A stretch of DNA of 60,523 nt from a virus (taxonomy: Duplodnaviria; Caudoviricetes), in IMG/VR virus record IMGVR_UViG_3300020171_000030, positions 1 through 60,523 of that record; one strand, 5' to 3'. Position numbers and translations under genes: made by a program. Positions 29,179 through 39,875 of this stretch are shown piece after piece; position 1 is the first letter of the stretch; each line of letters begins with the position of its first letter. The notes under the pieces were generated by a model. That model was not told where the DNA came from. It was given only the letters and a program-made list of their open reading frames with translations, and made no database searches.

Positions 29179-32100
29179 TCAAGGTTGATGTCCACTTTGT
29201 ATCACTTCCTTTCCACCTTCTATTTTTAAATCAGCGAAATTGAAATCCAGAACTTCTTCCTTTGTTTCACCCTTTAATACCCGCACTCCGCTTTCCCGGA
29301 TAGATAAAATATAATCTTCGCGAATAATATCAAGAGCGTCAACTTCTGACCTTTCTTCAACTCCTGTTTGTTTTGAAGTGAAAAAGACTCGCATTGTTTC
29401 ATCTCCTTATTTAATTTCTATTTTATCTACTTCTGACGGCATATCATCTATCCAGATAAGCAGATTTTTAATGTCTTCAACAAATTTTTCTCTATTATCT
29501 TTATAGTTGATGTCCGAAAGCACATCATCCATATCTACATTGGCTTCAATAGTTATTTTTGCTCTTAAGCCCCAAATACCAACAGACATATCTCCTTTAT
29601 TACTTGCTTCTATCATTAATAATTTCTCCATCTTTCACCTCCTTTTCAAATTAAGCCTTTTGATATAAAGGACATTTAAAATAAGGTTTGCCTTCATAAC
29701 ATTCATTATATAACGGAAATAATCTTCTTCCGCTATATTCTGCGCTGTGTTTTCATCTGGAGCGTCAACTATTTCTTCAAAACTTGCTAACGATATTTTA
29801 ACTTTAAACTTCGGCATCTCTAACCTCCTTTTCTTTTCTAAATTGTGCGTATAAATTATCTAACTCAATTACATAATATCTTCTGGGATCTTCTTTTAAC
29901 CATCCTATAAACTCTTCAGCGTCTCCATACATCACAGGTCCAAACGCTACCATAGTCGTAGAGCAGTAAAAAACTTCATATTCATCATCTTTATCCCTTA
30001 TAATCCGGCAGCCCATTATATCGCTCCCTCTATTGAGATAACCCTCATATCAGCTTTATTGCCTCTCAACTGTTCACTTTTATTAGCGTAAGCATCTGCT
30101 TCTGTAAATCTTTCAAAAAGTTTAATACCTCCATTTTCATTCTTTACAGCATCGAGATAACTGTCTTCATCTTTCCACCAGAGTATCATATACATAATCT
30201 CTCACCTCCTTTCGATAATGTTTAGAACGTGTCTTATACTCTTTGACTATCCCCATCGGATAGCCGAAAGATAATAAGTGGCGCTGGACTCTATTAAGTT
30301 TTTGCATCTTTCATCTCCTTATAAACCGAAGTCGCACTCTATATTAGAGATACTAAATTTAGTCGGAGTTGATCTTGTCTGTTCTATCGCAGAAGCGCCT
30401 TGAATTTCAAGAAGTTTATCTTCTTCTCTTGCTTTCTTCAATACATCTGTCATTGTCGGAAAGTCTCCAGACATATCTCTGCCTGAAATTCTTCCTGCCT
30501 TTTGCCAACCTAGTGGAGATAGCTTTTCTTCGGCAAGAATTTTACTGCCTGTTGAATAACAAATCTTATTGTCTTTAACGAATAGTGTCATTCGCATTTA
30601 TCATCTCCTGGGATAAGTTTCTCATCTCTTCCTTTAATTCTTCTGTAAAATCCGCTTTCTCCAAGCACTTTAAAGTCCCAGATAATTCTTTAATCAGGAA
30701 CTTTGCGTGGCGTGTTAACGGCCTTTCGTCTTTTGTAGAGTTCATTTACTTGCCTCCTTCAATACCTTTTTTACTTCTCGAGCTCTATCTCCTCGCCAAT
30801 ACGAAAGATTTGAAAGCACATATAATATCTGCACTCTCATCTCTTCACCGATCATCATCTTACCTGTCTTTTCGTGGGCAATGCCTACGAAACCTGAATT
30901 CTCTCCAGAGATAATTACTGCATTGTGGCTATCTCCGAGTTCTAAAGCGGCCTGAGCGTATTCTTTGGCATATTCAGTGAAGCCGCCTTGCGCTTCATTG
31001 ACTACTGCCTCTAATGCTTCTTTGAGTTCCATATTTACTCCTTTTCATATCCGTCAAACCAGATAACATTGCCCTGAGAGTCTTTTTTATGTGTATCTTC
31101 TCTTTGACAATGTCTTTGTGCTTCTTCAAGAGATAACCCGCGTTGAATAACTCTTTGATTTCCTTTAAACTTAAATCTAATTATCTTATATGTTTCCATA
31201 TTGCCTCCTTATCTTGCTGGAACTGGCAAACCTTCGTTAATCTTTTCCTGCCGGCATCTCTCTAAATTCTTGATTAGCCAGTCAGATAATACATCTGCGT
31301 CTTTTAACGCTTCAGGAATAACGCTATTCCCTGTTGTAAAGTCGCAGAACTTCTGAATAACTATGCCAACTAAGATCCAAGAATTTTCCGTCTTCGGATT
31401 CTTGAAACCTCCACAAAGCCTCTTAAACATACCAAATGCCTGAGGCCTTACAGCGCAGAATAATTCTAAGTCTTTAACCGGCTCGCTGCCTTCAATGATA
31501 CTCCAAACTGTTTTGTCTTCCATCTTTCTCACCTCCTCTCTTAAAATGTTTTTTGTTCTGAGATAAACTCATCAGGGCAAAGTGCCGACGCTGGAGATAA
31601 TTCTGCCTCCAGCGTTTCGTTTAATCTCTGTAGCTCTCAAATAGCCATTCTAATATCTCTGGCTCCATCTTAACCTTTCTAACGCTGTAGCATTATGCTT
31701 AGCGCTTTATACTTAATGGACATCTTTGGCAATTCCTTGAACTGCAACTCTGGCATACTGGAAAACCTAACAACCAAGATAAAAAGTGTTTCATCTTTAT
31801 ATCACCTCCTTTGAAGAAAATTCTCCACAAACTCTCATAGTCCAAGGTACTATTTGATATTCAATATCTATTTTTAATCTCGGAAATCTACTCTTGATTA
31901 CATCTTTTGGAGGAAACCTAAGACAATATCCATAACCGCTATCTATCATTCCATACCACTTGCAATCTTCGCAAATATTTTTGTCTTTATACATCTCTTA
32001 CTCTCCTTTCTGGATATAATCTCTAAACTTCTGCTCGTTGAATGAACTGTTTTCTTCTTTGAGTTTTAAACAGAACTCTGAGATAATTTTATTCATTGTC

Positions 32101-32500
32101 TCTGTCGAAAATATCCCCGCCTTTTCTGCTTCGTCTTTTACTTTCCTTAAACACTTCGCTATCAATTCGTAATCTTTTCTGTGCATATTTACCTCCTGTA
32201 ATGTTGCAGGTTGCGAATAAAACAGTCTTCCTGATAAACTTCTCTATACCTCAAAGTTGTATTGTATTTGTCTTCATACGCTTTCCAGAAAAGCGAGGCA
32301 TCACAGTCTTCTTCGAGATAAACCTTTTCTCCGTCTATATAAGAGAAACTGCTTATCCTGCCTTCCAGAGATAATGCTATCAGGTCTTGCTTCTCTACCT
32401 CAAGCCAGCCGTGGCCTGGGTCAGAGTAAAAAGTGAATGTCTTTTTCTCCGCAAGATTGATACCACCTGTGCAGTTAATCCCATTTATCATCTCTCTCAC
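29179..32500 (-). other. Array of short early hypothetical genes (about 60-110 aa each)
   Basis: Many short minus-strand ORFs, most preceded by AGGAG(G)TG RBS (e.g. 29407-29631, 29804-30016, 30742-31032, 31209-31532, 31998-32186, 32189-32500). Confidence 0.65.
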
Positions 32501-32506
32501 CTCCTT

Positions 32507-32872
32507 TCATTTGAGAACTGTAACCTCTAAATACTTTATGCCAAATTGAAGCGCTTCGTTATGGCCGGGAAGATAAATATCTAAATGTTTGATGTGATTT
32601 TTCTTATCTCCAAATAGAGACTTGGCGCCTCGATCTTGAATTGTAAAGTAACCAAGACCTTTAATGTAAATCTTCGTGCCGAAGGGCAGCCAGTTGCAGG
32701 CAACAAAGCCATACTGCGCTTTCTTGCCCGAAGCAGTGATACCATCTGTTTTACCGCAACATTTTATACAAGCGCAATACGCTGTAATCTTCCACAAATT
32801 TGAAGCGAAAACATTTGCGTGGAAGATTAAAAGGAAAACTAGTGCGAGATAATAACGCTTGGATTTAGACAT
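32507..32872 (-). CDS. Secreted 3D-domain (MltA-like) peptidoglycan hydrolase
   Basis: Signal peptide; ITAYC..CCG..DGITASG, LPFGTKIYI.G.G...QDRG, HLDIY. Confidence 0.85.
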   Translation of the reverse strand: MSKSKRYYLALVFLLIFHANVFASNLWKITAYCACIKCCGKTDGITASGKKAQYGFVACNWLPFGTKIYIKGLGYFTIQDRGAKSLFGDKKNHIKHLDIYLPGHNEALQFGIKYLEVTVLK

Positions 32873-33321
32873 TTTAACCTCTAACTGTTAATATCCTGTG
32901 GATAACTTTTAATCATAACGCTTTATAAGTGAGTTAAATCTTTGATATTACTATACTTATAAATCTATGGTAAAGAACCGTTATGCTGTTATGATGTGGG
33001 GAGTTGAGACCGCCCTCATCTCCTCACTTCTAACACTCCAATAAACTCTCTTATTATATATATATTATATATAAGTAACTATGTATATACATAATATATA
33101 CCTTTCAACTATATTGTAATTTTCACTTTGCTTCATTGCTGCGTCAAAGGTTTTCTACTTTGAAATAACTGTGGAGATAATTGGACTCGGTTAAGGTGCC
33201 AGAGTTATCCACAGAGTTATGCACACTTAAAAAACTTTTTTATCTTGTGGACAACTCTGTTGATATCTTTATCCACAAGTTATGCACAACTTTAAAAATT
33301 CCTTTTTTATGTATGAAAACA

Positions 33322-33348
33322 AAAAGCGCAAGAGTTCCTTGCGCTTTT
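33322..33348 (-). terminator. Rho-independent terminator after the 33386-33901 gene
   Basis: AAAAGCGCAAG-agttc-CTTGCGCTTTT hairpin with T tail on the minus strand. Confidence 0.75.
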
Positions 33349-33385
33349 AAAAATTTATGAATTGCAATTCTTAAATTGCTTTTGT

Positions 33386-33901
33386 TTATATTGTGATATT
33401 GCTTTTTATCAACTGCGATGCTTTATACACAATATTATCTGCAATTCTATCATCGCCGTTTATTCCTTGCAATGCTAACTTTGCTTTAAATTCTTTTTGC
33501 CAATTCGCTTTACTTATATCAATCACAATTTCTTTAATACCATCGCGATTGAATTTAAGCAGATTCTTTTCAACAACAAAAGAATTTTTTTGATGCGGCA
33601 AGGAGTTGTTCTGTTTGTAGTTCACAAAAGCAAGAATCTCTTTTGCAAAAGCAACATCGGATTTGATTGCTTTCATAGCAATCTTGAATTGCTCTTTTAA
33701 CAATCCTGCTTTTGCTTTTGCAGAAGTTAAAATCTTTTCCGCTTCTGCAATTTGTTTTTGCTTCTCTTCTGCCGGCAAATTATCAGCGTATTCAATAGCA
33801 ATTGCAGCCTTTTTTGCTTTCATCTCTACTTTGATTTTGGATTCTTGCTCCCGCAACTGCTTTGCTTCTTGCAACAATTCTGCGATTGTTTTTTTTGCCA
33901 T
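33386..33901 (-). CDS. Coiled-coil, Ala/Lys-rich hypothetical protein (start MAKKTI), stand-alone transcription unit
   Basis: GGAGG RBS before ATG at 33901; own promoter and terminator. Confidence 0.7.
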   Translation of the reverse strand: MAKKTIAELLQEAKQLREQESKIKVEMKAKKAAIAIEYADNLPAEEKQKQIAEAEKILTSAKAKAGLLKEQFKIAMKAIKSDVAFAKEILAFVNYKQNNSLPHQKNSFVVEKNLLKFNRDGIKEIVIDISKANWQKEFKAKLALQGINGDDRIADNIVYKASQLIKSNITI

Positions 33902-33974
33902 CGGGATATCCTCCATTAAACAATTTGCAGAATTGCAATTCATAAATTGTCAAAGAACATTTTGATTATAAATA

Positions 33975-34003
33975 AGCATACCATATATATATATGTTTGT
34001 CAA
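33975..34003 (-). promoter_or_regulatory. Sigma70-type promoter
   Basis: TTGACA-17bp-TATGCT with extended TG; DnaA boxes just upstream. Confidence 0.7.
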
Positions 34004-34285
34004 ATATTTATTTTCATTTATCCACAGAGTTATCCACAAGCAAAATAACGGAAAAGTTAGAAAAAAATAATGGCGGGGCGCGCACCGCCACTCTGCAACA
34101 TACCTTCGAACTTACGTTTCTACTTAGCTAAATCTCTAAAATATCTTCTTACTTTTTTGTTTAAACCCCAAATTTTCATAAATATTTTATCCTTTATTCT
34201 TCTTCTCACCGTCCATCAATCAAGCAAGAGTTCAAAGCATTATAAAATAGGTAAAAGACAAGGAAGAGTTCAGAAAAGAAATATC

Positions 34286-34314
34286 TTGACATTACTATCT
34301 TTCTATGGTAACTA
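34286..34314 (+). promoter_or_regulatory. Sigma70-type promoter for HNH gene
   Basis: TTGACA-17bp-TAACTA, ATG 7 nt downstream. Confidence 0.55.
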
Positions 34315-34321
34315 TCTTAGT

Positions 34322-34735
34322 ATGAACAATAAAGGCGAAAGGAATGGAAATTGGCGTGGTGGAACTTCAGAATATCCAAATCACTATTTAATGAAAAAGA
34401 ACCGCCTTATTATTCTTCTATATAACCCCATTTGCGAAATCTGTAAGAAAAATTCTGCCGTAGAAATTCATCATAAGGATTTCTCAAGAGATAATCATAA
34501 CCTATCAAACTTACAAGCAGTGTGTCACTCTTGCCATCCCAGACGGCTTAGAGTAAAAATTATATCCATTGATAAAGTTAAAATAATAAGAGACACTTTA
34601 AGTTCAGAAATTCATCAAAGATACGGAATGACAGTGAAAGATATAGCAACCAAGTTAAATCGTTCTCAAGGTTTTGTTGTGTATTGGCATAAATATTCTG
34701 TAAATAGATTAAGCACATTATTATCTAAAGGATAA
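34322..34735 (+). CDS. HNH endonuclease with C-terminal HTH (start MNNKGERN)
   Basis: GERNGNWRGG motif, CEIC...IHHKD....N...NL.AVC.SCH, HTH-like C-terminus. Confidence 0.8.
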   Translation: MNNKGERNGNWRGGTSEYPNHYLMKKNRLIILLYNPICEICKKNSAVEIHHKDFSRDNHNLSNLQAVCHSCHPRRLRVKIISIDKVKIIRDTLSSEIHQRYGMTVKDIATKLNRSQGFVVYWHKYSVNRLSTLLSKG

Positions 34736-34768
34736 ATAATGGTTTATACTAAAGGTAAGCAAAAATTC

Positions 34769-34796
34769 AGCCCTGAATTATTATCAGGGCTTTTTT
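34769..34796 (+). terminator. Rho-independent terminator
   Basis: AGCCCTGA-attatta-TCAGGGCT-TTTTT. Confidence 0.75.
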
Positions 34797-34921
34797 ATTG
34801 TAAGCGAAAGGAGGCTATAATGCCACTAACAGAGGTTAAGGAAACTTTAGAAGACATATGGAATTTTAGATATGTATAATGCAGTTAAGAAACTGCAAAA
34901 AGGAGGAGAGGAGAACCCAGT

Positions 34922-35218
34922 ATGAACACTATTATCCCATTAAACAACCGAGTTATTATTGAGCCAGAGAGTAAGGAAGAGGTTAGTAAAGGCGGGATTA
35001 TCATTCCAGACATTGCGGGTCAGAAAGCGCCGACGAAAGGCCGGGTTATCGCGATATCTGATGACAGTAATACGAAACACAAGATTTCTGTTGGTGATTT
35101 GGTACTATTTTCTAAATACGCGGGGGTAGAAATAGTGATTCCCGCGAGTGAGGTCGGGAAAAAGGACAGGCAGTTACAGGTAATAAAAGACGAAGATATA
35201 TTAGCGGTGATAAGATGA
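34922..35218 (+). CDS. groES: Co-chaperonin GroES
   Basis: PLNNRVII, SKGGIIIPD mobile loop, GRVIA, VGD.VLFSKYAG.E, EDILAV. Confidence 0.93.
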   Translation: MNTIIPLNNRVIIEPESKEEVSKGGIIIPDIAGQKAPTKGRVIAISDDSNTKHKISVGDLVLFSKYAGVEIVIPASEVGKKDRQLQVIKDEDILAVIR

Positions 35219-35228
35219 GGAGGTTAAA

Positions 35229-35450
35229 ATGCCAATAGAACCGATTAGCGAGATAAACATATTAGAGCCGTTATTAGTATTATCGAAAAAGTATTATGCC
35301 GGTGGGGAAGTAGTTATAGAATTCATCACTCCGGAAAACAAAGAAATCAATTCTCATGTAGAGATTACTTTCAAGAAAAGTGAGGATGTATTCAAATTAG
35401 GTCAAAAGTACAGAGTTACTTTTACTCAAATAGTAGAACAGGAGACTTAA
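35229..35450 (+). CDS. Hypothetical protein
   Basis: GAGGAGG RBS. Confidence 0.55.
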   Translation: MPIEPISEINILEPLLVLSKKYYAGGEVVIEFITPENKEINSHVEITFKKSEDVFKLGQKYRVTFTQIVEQET

Positions 35451-35875
35451 TGAATAATGGGAATGAACAAAGGCTGGATAGCATAAAAAGGGAACTTAAA
35501 CAGAAACAAATCACTATTATTAAAGAAGCGGCACAACTGACTTTCGAAAAGTTAGAGGAGTTAGAGAAGCAGAAGAACATTATTCAGAACTCGATTAAGA
35601 TTTTAAAACACGACCTTTTCGATTTAAAAGATGGCCGGTTGGATAGGGTGCTTGAGAGGCAGAGTTTGAATGAGGAAGTGAAGTCGATAAGCGTTATTGC
35701 TGTAACAAAGATAGTTGTGCCAAACGGACAGGTACAGGTTAATGTCTCGCCCTGGTATGAGGAGTATGAGTTTAAAATATTGGAGGGCGAGCCGTGTAAG
35801 ATTAATAACTCCATGACAAAGACCCACGCTTCGGGGAGTTATAAGTTGAAGGATGGGACAATAAGGTATTTATAG
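35450..35875 (+). CDS. Hypothetical coiled-coil protein
   Basis: Operonic ORF. Confidence 0.55.
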   Translation: MNNGNEQRLDSIKRELKQKQITIIKEAAQLTFEKLEELEKQKNIIQNSIKILKHDLFDLKDGRLDRVLERQSLNEEVKSISVIAVTKIVVPNGQVQVNVSPWYEEYEFKILEGEPCKINNSMTKTHASGSYKLKDGTIRYL

Positions 35876-36056
35876 ATGAAAAAATTTATTATTAAAGGAA
35901 AAGTATGGAGTGGATTTCATGGCGAATATAAGAAACCTCCTATTTATATAATTTTTAAACCAGGATCAGATGGAATATTTATAGATGATATTTTTAGAAA
36001 ATATTTAAGAAAAGAAGTTTATATAACTATAAAAGAAATTAAAAAAGGAGCTAATA

Positions 36057-38564
36057 ATGCAAGAGCATAATCTCTTCAAAGTAAAAAATTTTCAAGAAGC
36101 GCAAGAAGCAGTCGTTGGTTCGTGTAATGGTTTCAGCAAAGAAGAAAGATGGAATGCGGAAACTCCAGCGTTTGCGAAAAAGATAATATCTTATTTTAAT
36201 CCTAATCGGACTGATTATGTTTTAGATTATGGTTGCGGTGTCGGCAGATTAGCTAAGGAAATTATAAAGCAATGTGGTGGTTGTTATATTTTGGGCATAG
36301 ATACTTCTATTCAAATGTTAGAAGAAGCTCAAAAGTATGTTCCAATGAATAGTCTTAAATTTGGAACTGCTTTACCTAATGAAATACAAAAAGGTAACTT
36401 CGATCTTGCCTATTGTATTTATACCTTACAGCATGTCCCAGCGATAGAACTTCGCGAAATCTTATCTCGAATATACAACCATCTTAAAGATGATGGCTAT
36501 TTCATATATTGTTCAAGCGATTTTAGGATGGCGATACGCTTTGATAATAAAGGATTCTTTGATGACAGGTTTTTAGGAGTGAATCTTCAAGAAGAGATAG
36601 AAAGATTTTTTGATAAAGTTGAACCATTATTTAATGAAGAAGATTTTAAGGATAACTATATCTTGAAAAAGATGATTACCGGCTGTGATAGCGGTATGGC
36701 GCATCCGGCATTTGTGTATAGAAAGAAAATCGAAAAAGATATTACGCCAGTAATCGAAATTGAAGGAATTAAAGTTTATAAAGATGGCAATAAATTAGTT
36801 GCTGGTAGAGAAATAGAGGAAAAATTAGGGCAACTACAAAAACTTCTTCTTATCAACCGCCTCTCTCCAGGCGATATCTTAGTAATGACTAATGCCATCC
36901 GTGATTTACATTTAGCACATCCTAATAAATTTATTACTGATGTACGAACTCCTTGCCCGGATATCTTTGAGAATAATCCTTATATTACTAAATTAACTTA
37001 TGATGAAAATAAGTATAACGAAATTAACACTTGGTTTGGCTCTAATATAGGTAAGACTAAAATGCTTGGCGATATTATGTGTGTTGATATGCAATATCCT
37101 TTAATACACCAGTCTGGAGCTCGAGGCGCTCATTTCGCTGAAGGGCATAGGGAATTCCTTGAAGAGACTCTTAAAATAAAGATACCGCAGACAAAAATAA
37201 GACCGGAACTTTATCTTTCAGATGTAGAGAAAGTTGGATTAATAAGGATACCAAACAATATAAAAGGTAAATATTGGGTTATCAATGCCGGCAGCAAAGG
37301 CGATTATACATTGAAGCAATACCCTTATTATCAAGAAGTAGTTAATTTTTTGAAAAATAAAATCACTTTCGTGCAGATAGGAGTTAAGTCGCATATTCAT
37401 AAACCGTTGGATAATGTTATTGATATGGTAGGAAAGACGAATAATAGAGAATTATTCAGTTTGATTTATCACGCTGAAGGAGTAATTTCCTGTGTAGCCT
37501 TTCCGATGCACATTGCGGCTGCCTTTAAAAAGCCCTGTGTGGTAGTGGCGGGTGCAAGAGAAGGCACCCGTTGGGAACTTTATCCTAACCACAGATTTAT
37601 CTATGTCAACGGATGTCTGCCTTGCGCGGATTATGATGGTTGCTGGAGGTCGAAGATAGAAGATTGTAATTATAAAAAGAACGGTATACCTCTCTGCATG
37701 TCTTTAATCAAACCAGAAGAAGTTGCAAGAGAAGTAGAGAGATATTACGAAGGTGGAGTTTTGAAATATGATATTACAGAACCGGTTATACTTAACCTAA
37801 AAGGAGAAGATAAAATGAAAAAAGAAAGCAATACTGACGATACAATATCTACAACCCATACAACTCCAAAAAGTAAACCTAGTAATAAAGAAATAAAATA
37901 TGAACTTCTACCTTTCAAAGTTAATTCACCTCAAGTCAACTCTGCAATCTTTAATATCCTGCGTATCCTTAAACAACTCACCCCTACCGATACTTATCTT
38001 GAAGCGTATCAGTGGCATTACGATAAACGAAAAGAATCGTTTATGGATATCTATCACTTTATGCAATATCTCGGCGCGACAGTGCGGCCTAAACGGATAT
38101 TAGAGATAGGTACGCGTACCGGCATTTCAATATGTCAGTTACTTTCAGCTTACCTTAATTATAGTGAATTAGAGAAAGTGATACTCTGCGATTTATTCAA
38201 TGATGGGCTTTCGACACCTGGGGTAGTTCTAAATGCTTTAAAATATTTGAATATCCCTGTGGATAAAGTGCAGTTCATTATAGGCAATTCACTTGAAGAG
38301 ATACCTAAGTTAATAGGTAAGGAAAGTTTCGACTATGTGCTTATTGACGGTTCGCATGACCGAAATGATGCTATGCAAGATCTTGAAAATTCTTATAAGT
38401 TAATTGAACAAGGTGGATATCTCTGTGCGGATGATCTTACAGAAGACGGTTGTAATCTTCAGCCAGTTTGGGATGATTTTAAGCAAAGACATAGTAATGA
38501 GTTTGTATTTATGGAAGACGATAGTAATGGTAAGGGCGTAGGAATTGCTCGAAGAATATGTTGA
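36057..38564 (+). CDS. Three-domain enzyme: SAM methyltransferase + GT9-like (heptosyltransferase-type, GT-B) glycosyltransferase + methyltransferase_24-like
   Basis: VLDYGCGVG; SPGDILV...FENNPYI...FVQIG..MHIAAAF.KPCVV..G..C..C....C...C..CM.LI.PEEV; ILEIGT..G.S...FDYVLIDGSH...DD. Confidence 0.85.
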   Translation: MQEHNLFKVKNFQEAQEAVVGSCNGFSKEERWNAETPAFAKKIISYFNPNRTDYVLDYGCGVGRLAKEIIKQCGGCYILGIDTSIQMLEEAQKYVPMNSLKFGTALPNEIQKGNFDLAYCIYTLQHVPAIELREILSRIYNHLKDDGYFIYCSSDFRMAIRFDNKGFFDDRFLGVNLQEEIERFFDKVEPLFNEEDFKDNYILKKMITGCDSGMAHPAFVYRKKIEKDITPVIEIEGIKVYKDGNKLVAGREIEEKLGQLQKLLLINRLSPGDILVMTNAIRDLHLAHPNKFITDVRTPCPDIFENNPYITKLTYDENKYNEINTWFGSNIGKTKMLGDIMCVDMQYPLIHQSGARGAHFAEGHREFLEETLKIKIPQTKIRPELYLSDVEKVGLIRIPNNIKGKYWVINAGSKGDYTLKQYPYYQEVVNFLKNKITFVQIGVKSHIHKPLDNVIDMVGKTNNRELFSLIYHAEGVISCVAFPMHIAAAFKKPCVVVAGAREGTRWELYPNHRFIYVNGCLPCADYDGCWRSKIEDCNYKKNGIPLCMSLIKPEEVAREVERYYEGGVLKYDITEPVILNLKGEDKMKKESNTDDTISTTHTTPKSKPSNKEIKYELLPFKVNSPQVNSAIFNILRILKQLTPTDTYLEAYQWHYDKRKESFMDIYHFMQYLGATVRPKRILEIGTRTGISICQLLSAYLNYSELEKVILCDLFNDGLSTPGVVLNALKYLNIPVDKVQFIIGNSLEEIPKLIGKESFDYVLIDGSHDRNDAMQDLENSYKLIEQGGYLCADDLTEDGCNLQPVWDDFKQRHSNEFVFMEDDSNGKGVGIARRIC

Positions 38565-38896
38565 TTGATATATTAAACGAATATCGCAAGGTTAATGGCA
38601 AAGAACATGTTTTCTGCTGGAATCCGGTAGAAAACGATTACTGTTTATCTCACTGTCATTATATGGCGTGGAATAACCAGTTTGAACACGCGCCAGAAAA
38701 TTTATTAAAAGGCAGAGCGGAAGCCATAGTTTTTTGCGATTTTCAGTATGATAATGAAATAACCATAAGGCATTTAATTTATGAATGTATTGATAAGTCT
38801 CAAAAACATAAAGATATAGTTCTTAATTACGAAAACCTTGCTTATGGATTTTATATTTATAATAATAAGGCGTACTTAGTTATAAGGGGTTGGTAG
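38558..38896 (+). CDS. Hypothetical protein in modification cluster
   Basis: Overlapping start; operonic. Confidence 0.55.
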   Translation: MLIDILNEYRKVNGKEHVFCWNPVENDYCLSHCHYMAWNNQFEHAPENLLKGRAEAIVFCDFQYDNEITIRHLIYECIDKSQKHKDIVLNYENLAYGFYIYNNKAYLVIRGW

Positions 38897-38942
38897 ATGG
38901 GAGAAGCTGGTAGATTTCACACGGGGGAAAGGAGAAATCTCT

Positions 38943-39836
38943 ATGAAATTTGAAATTATTATGCCGTATAGGCCTTATTGTCATGGAGATTTATGCTCGC
39001 CAAGTGGAGATCTAATCCAACTTGAAGATGGCAGTTGGATAAATGATATTGGGAAGATTTTTGAAGAGGGATTAGAATATGAAAAACATCGAGTCAGCAT
39101 TCGACAAGCAATAGAGGCTTTGAATAGAAATTCCTTCTATAAACATCATATAATAGTTGCAATAGACGCAGATGTTTATCCAAATAAATCTTTTTTAAAG
39201 AATTTTGAAAATGTATCTATCATTAAGTCAGAATTTAAAGTTCCTCAAAAAGATTGTGGGTTGAGAATAGGTTATGCTTATAAGACCGTTCTTGAATCTC
39301 TTTCGGAAGAAAGTTTTATCTGCCATATGTATTTATCTGATACTATTTGTTCTAAAGATTGGGATAAATACATAGTAGAGGCTATTGATAGGTTTGGAGA
39401 GGATAAAGTCTATGCCCCTATTTGGGTTGAAGGTTCTCATGGGTCGTTTCAAGAATTAGTTGGAGTAGAGTTGACACCCGATTTTATTTGGAACGAATGT
39501 TCAAAGAAAATTTGCGGTGGAGCGTTTTTTTTCCCAGATCCTAGGCGAGACTATATCCAAGAAGAAGATTTTGAGCATTACATTGAAGTATTGAAGAAGG
39601 GAAATAGAGATTGCATTATTGAGAATTGTGGAGGAAGATTCTTCGGTTGGTTGACATGTCTATGTATGAAGACTGTTTATGCCAAACAAGTAAAAATTGA
39701 TTTCACTGTTAGCCAGTCTATGGGTACAGGTTTTGATGGGGAACTCGGAAAATTAGGTTTAAAAAAAGTAGTAGTTACAAACTCGTTTATCTGGCATCCA
39801 CAATGTTCACATTTAGAATTAAGATTGAGATATTAA
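38943..39836 (+). CDS. GT-A fold (GT2-like) glycosyltransferase
   Basis: IIMP N-terminal strand, NS.Y.H.IIVAID, SD.I.SKDWD, VV..SFIWH. Confidence 0.6.
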   Translation: MKFEIIMPYRPYCHGDLCSPSGDLIQLEDGSWINDIGKIFEEGLEYEKHRVSIRQAIEALNRNSFYKHHIIVAIDADVYPNKSFLKNFENVSIIKSEFKVPQKDCGLRIGYAYKTVLESLSEESFICHMYLSDTICSKDWDKYIVEAIDRFGEDKVYAPIWVEGSHGSFQELVGVELTPDFIWNECSKKICGGAFFFPDPRRDYIQEEDFEHYIEVLKKGNRDCIIENCGGRFFGWLTCLCMKTVYAKQVKIDFTVSQSMGTGFDGELGKLGLKKVVVTNSFIWHPQCSHLELRLRY

Positions 39837-39875
39837 GTCTAAAAGCCATTGAAAATATAAGACAGAAAGGTCTTT

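Larger units (their letters stand above)
32897..34038. promoter_or_regulatory. DnaA-box clusters in the divergence region
   Basis: Perfect TTATCCACA at 32897 (rc), 33205, 33269, 34018, 34030; one-mismatch copies at 33217, 33246 (rc), 33280. Confidence 0.8.

Noticed and set aside
34070-34321. N-terminal 84 aa of the listed 221-aa ORF
   Set aside because: Spans a promoter region; the HNH-like sequence begins at ATG 34322
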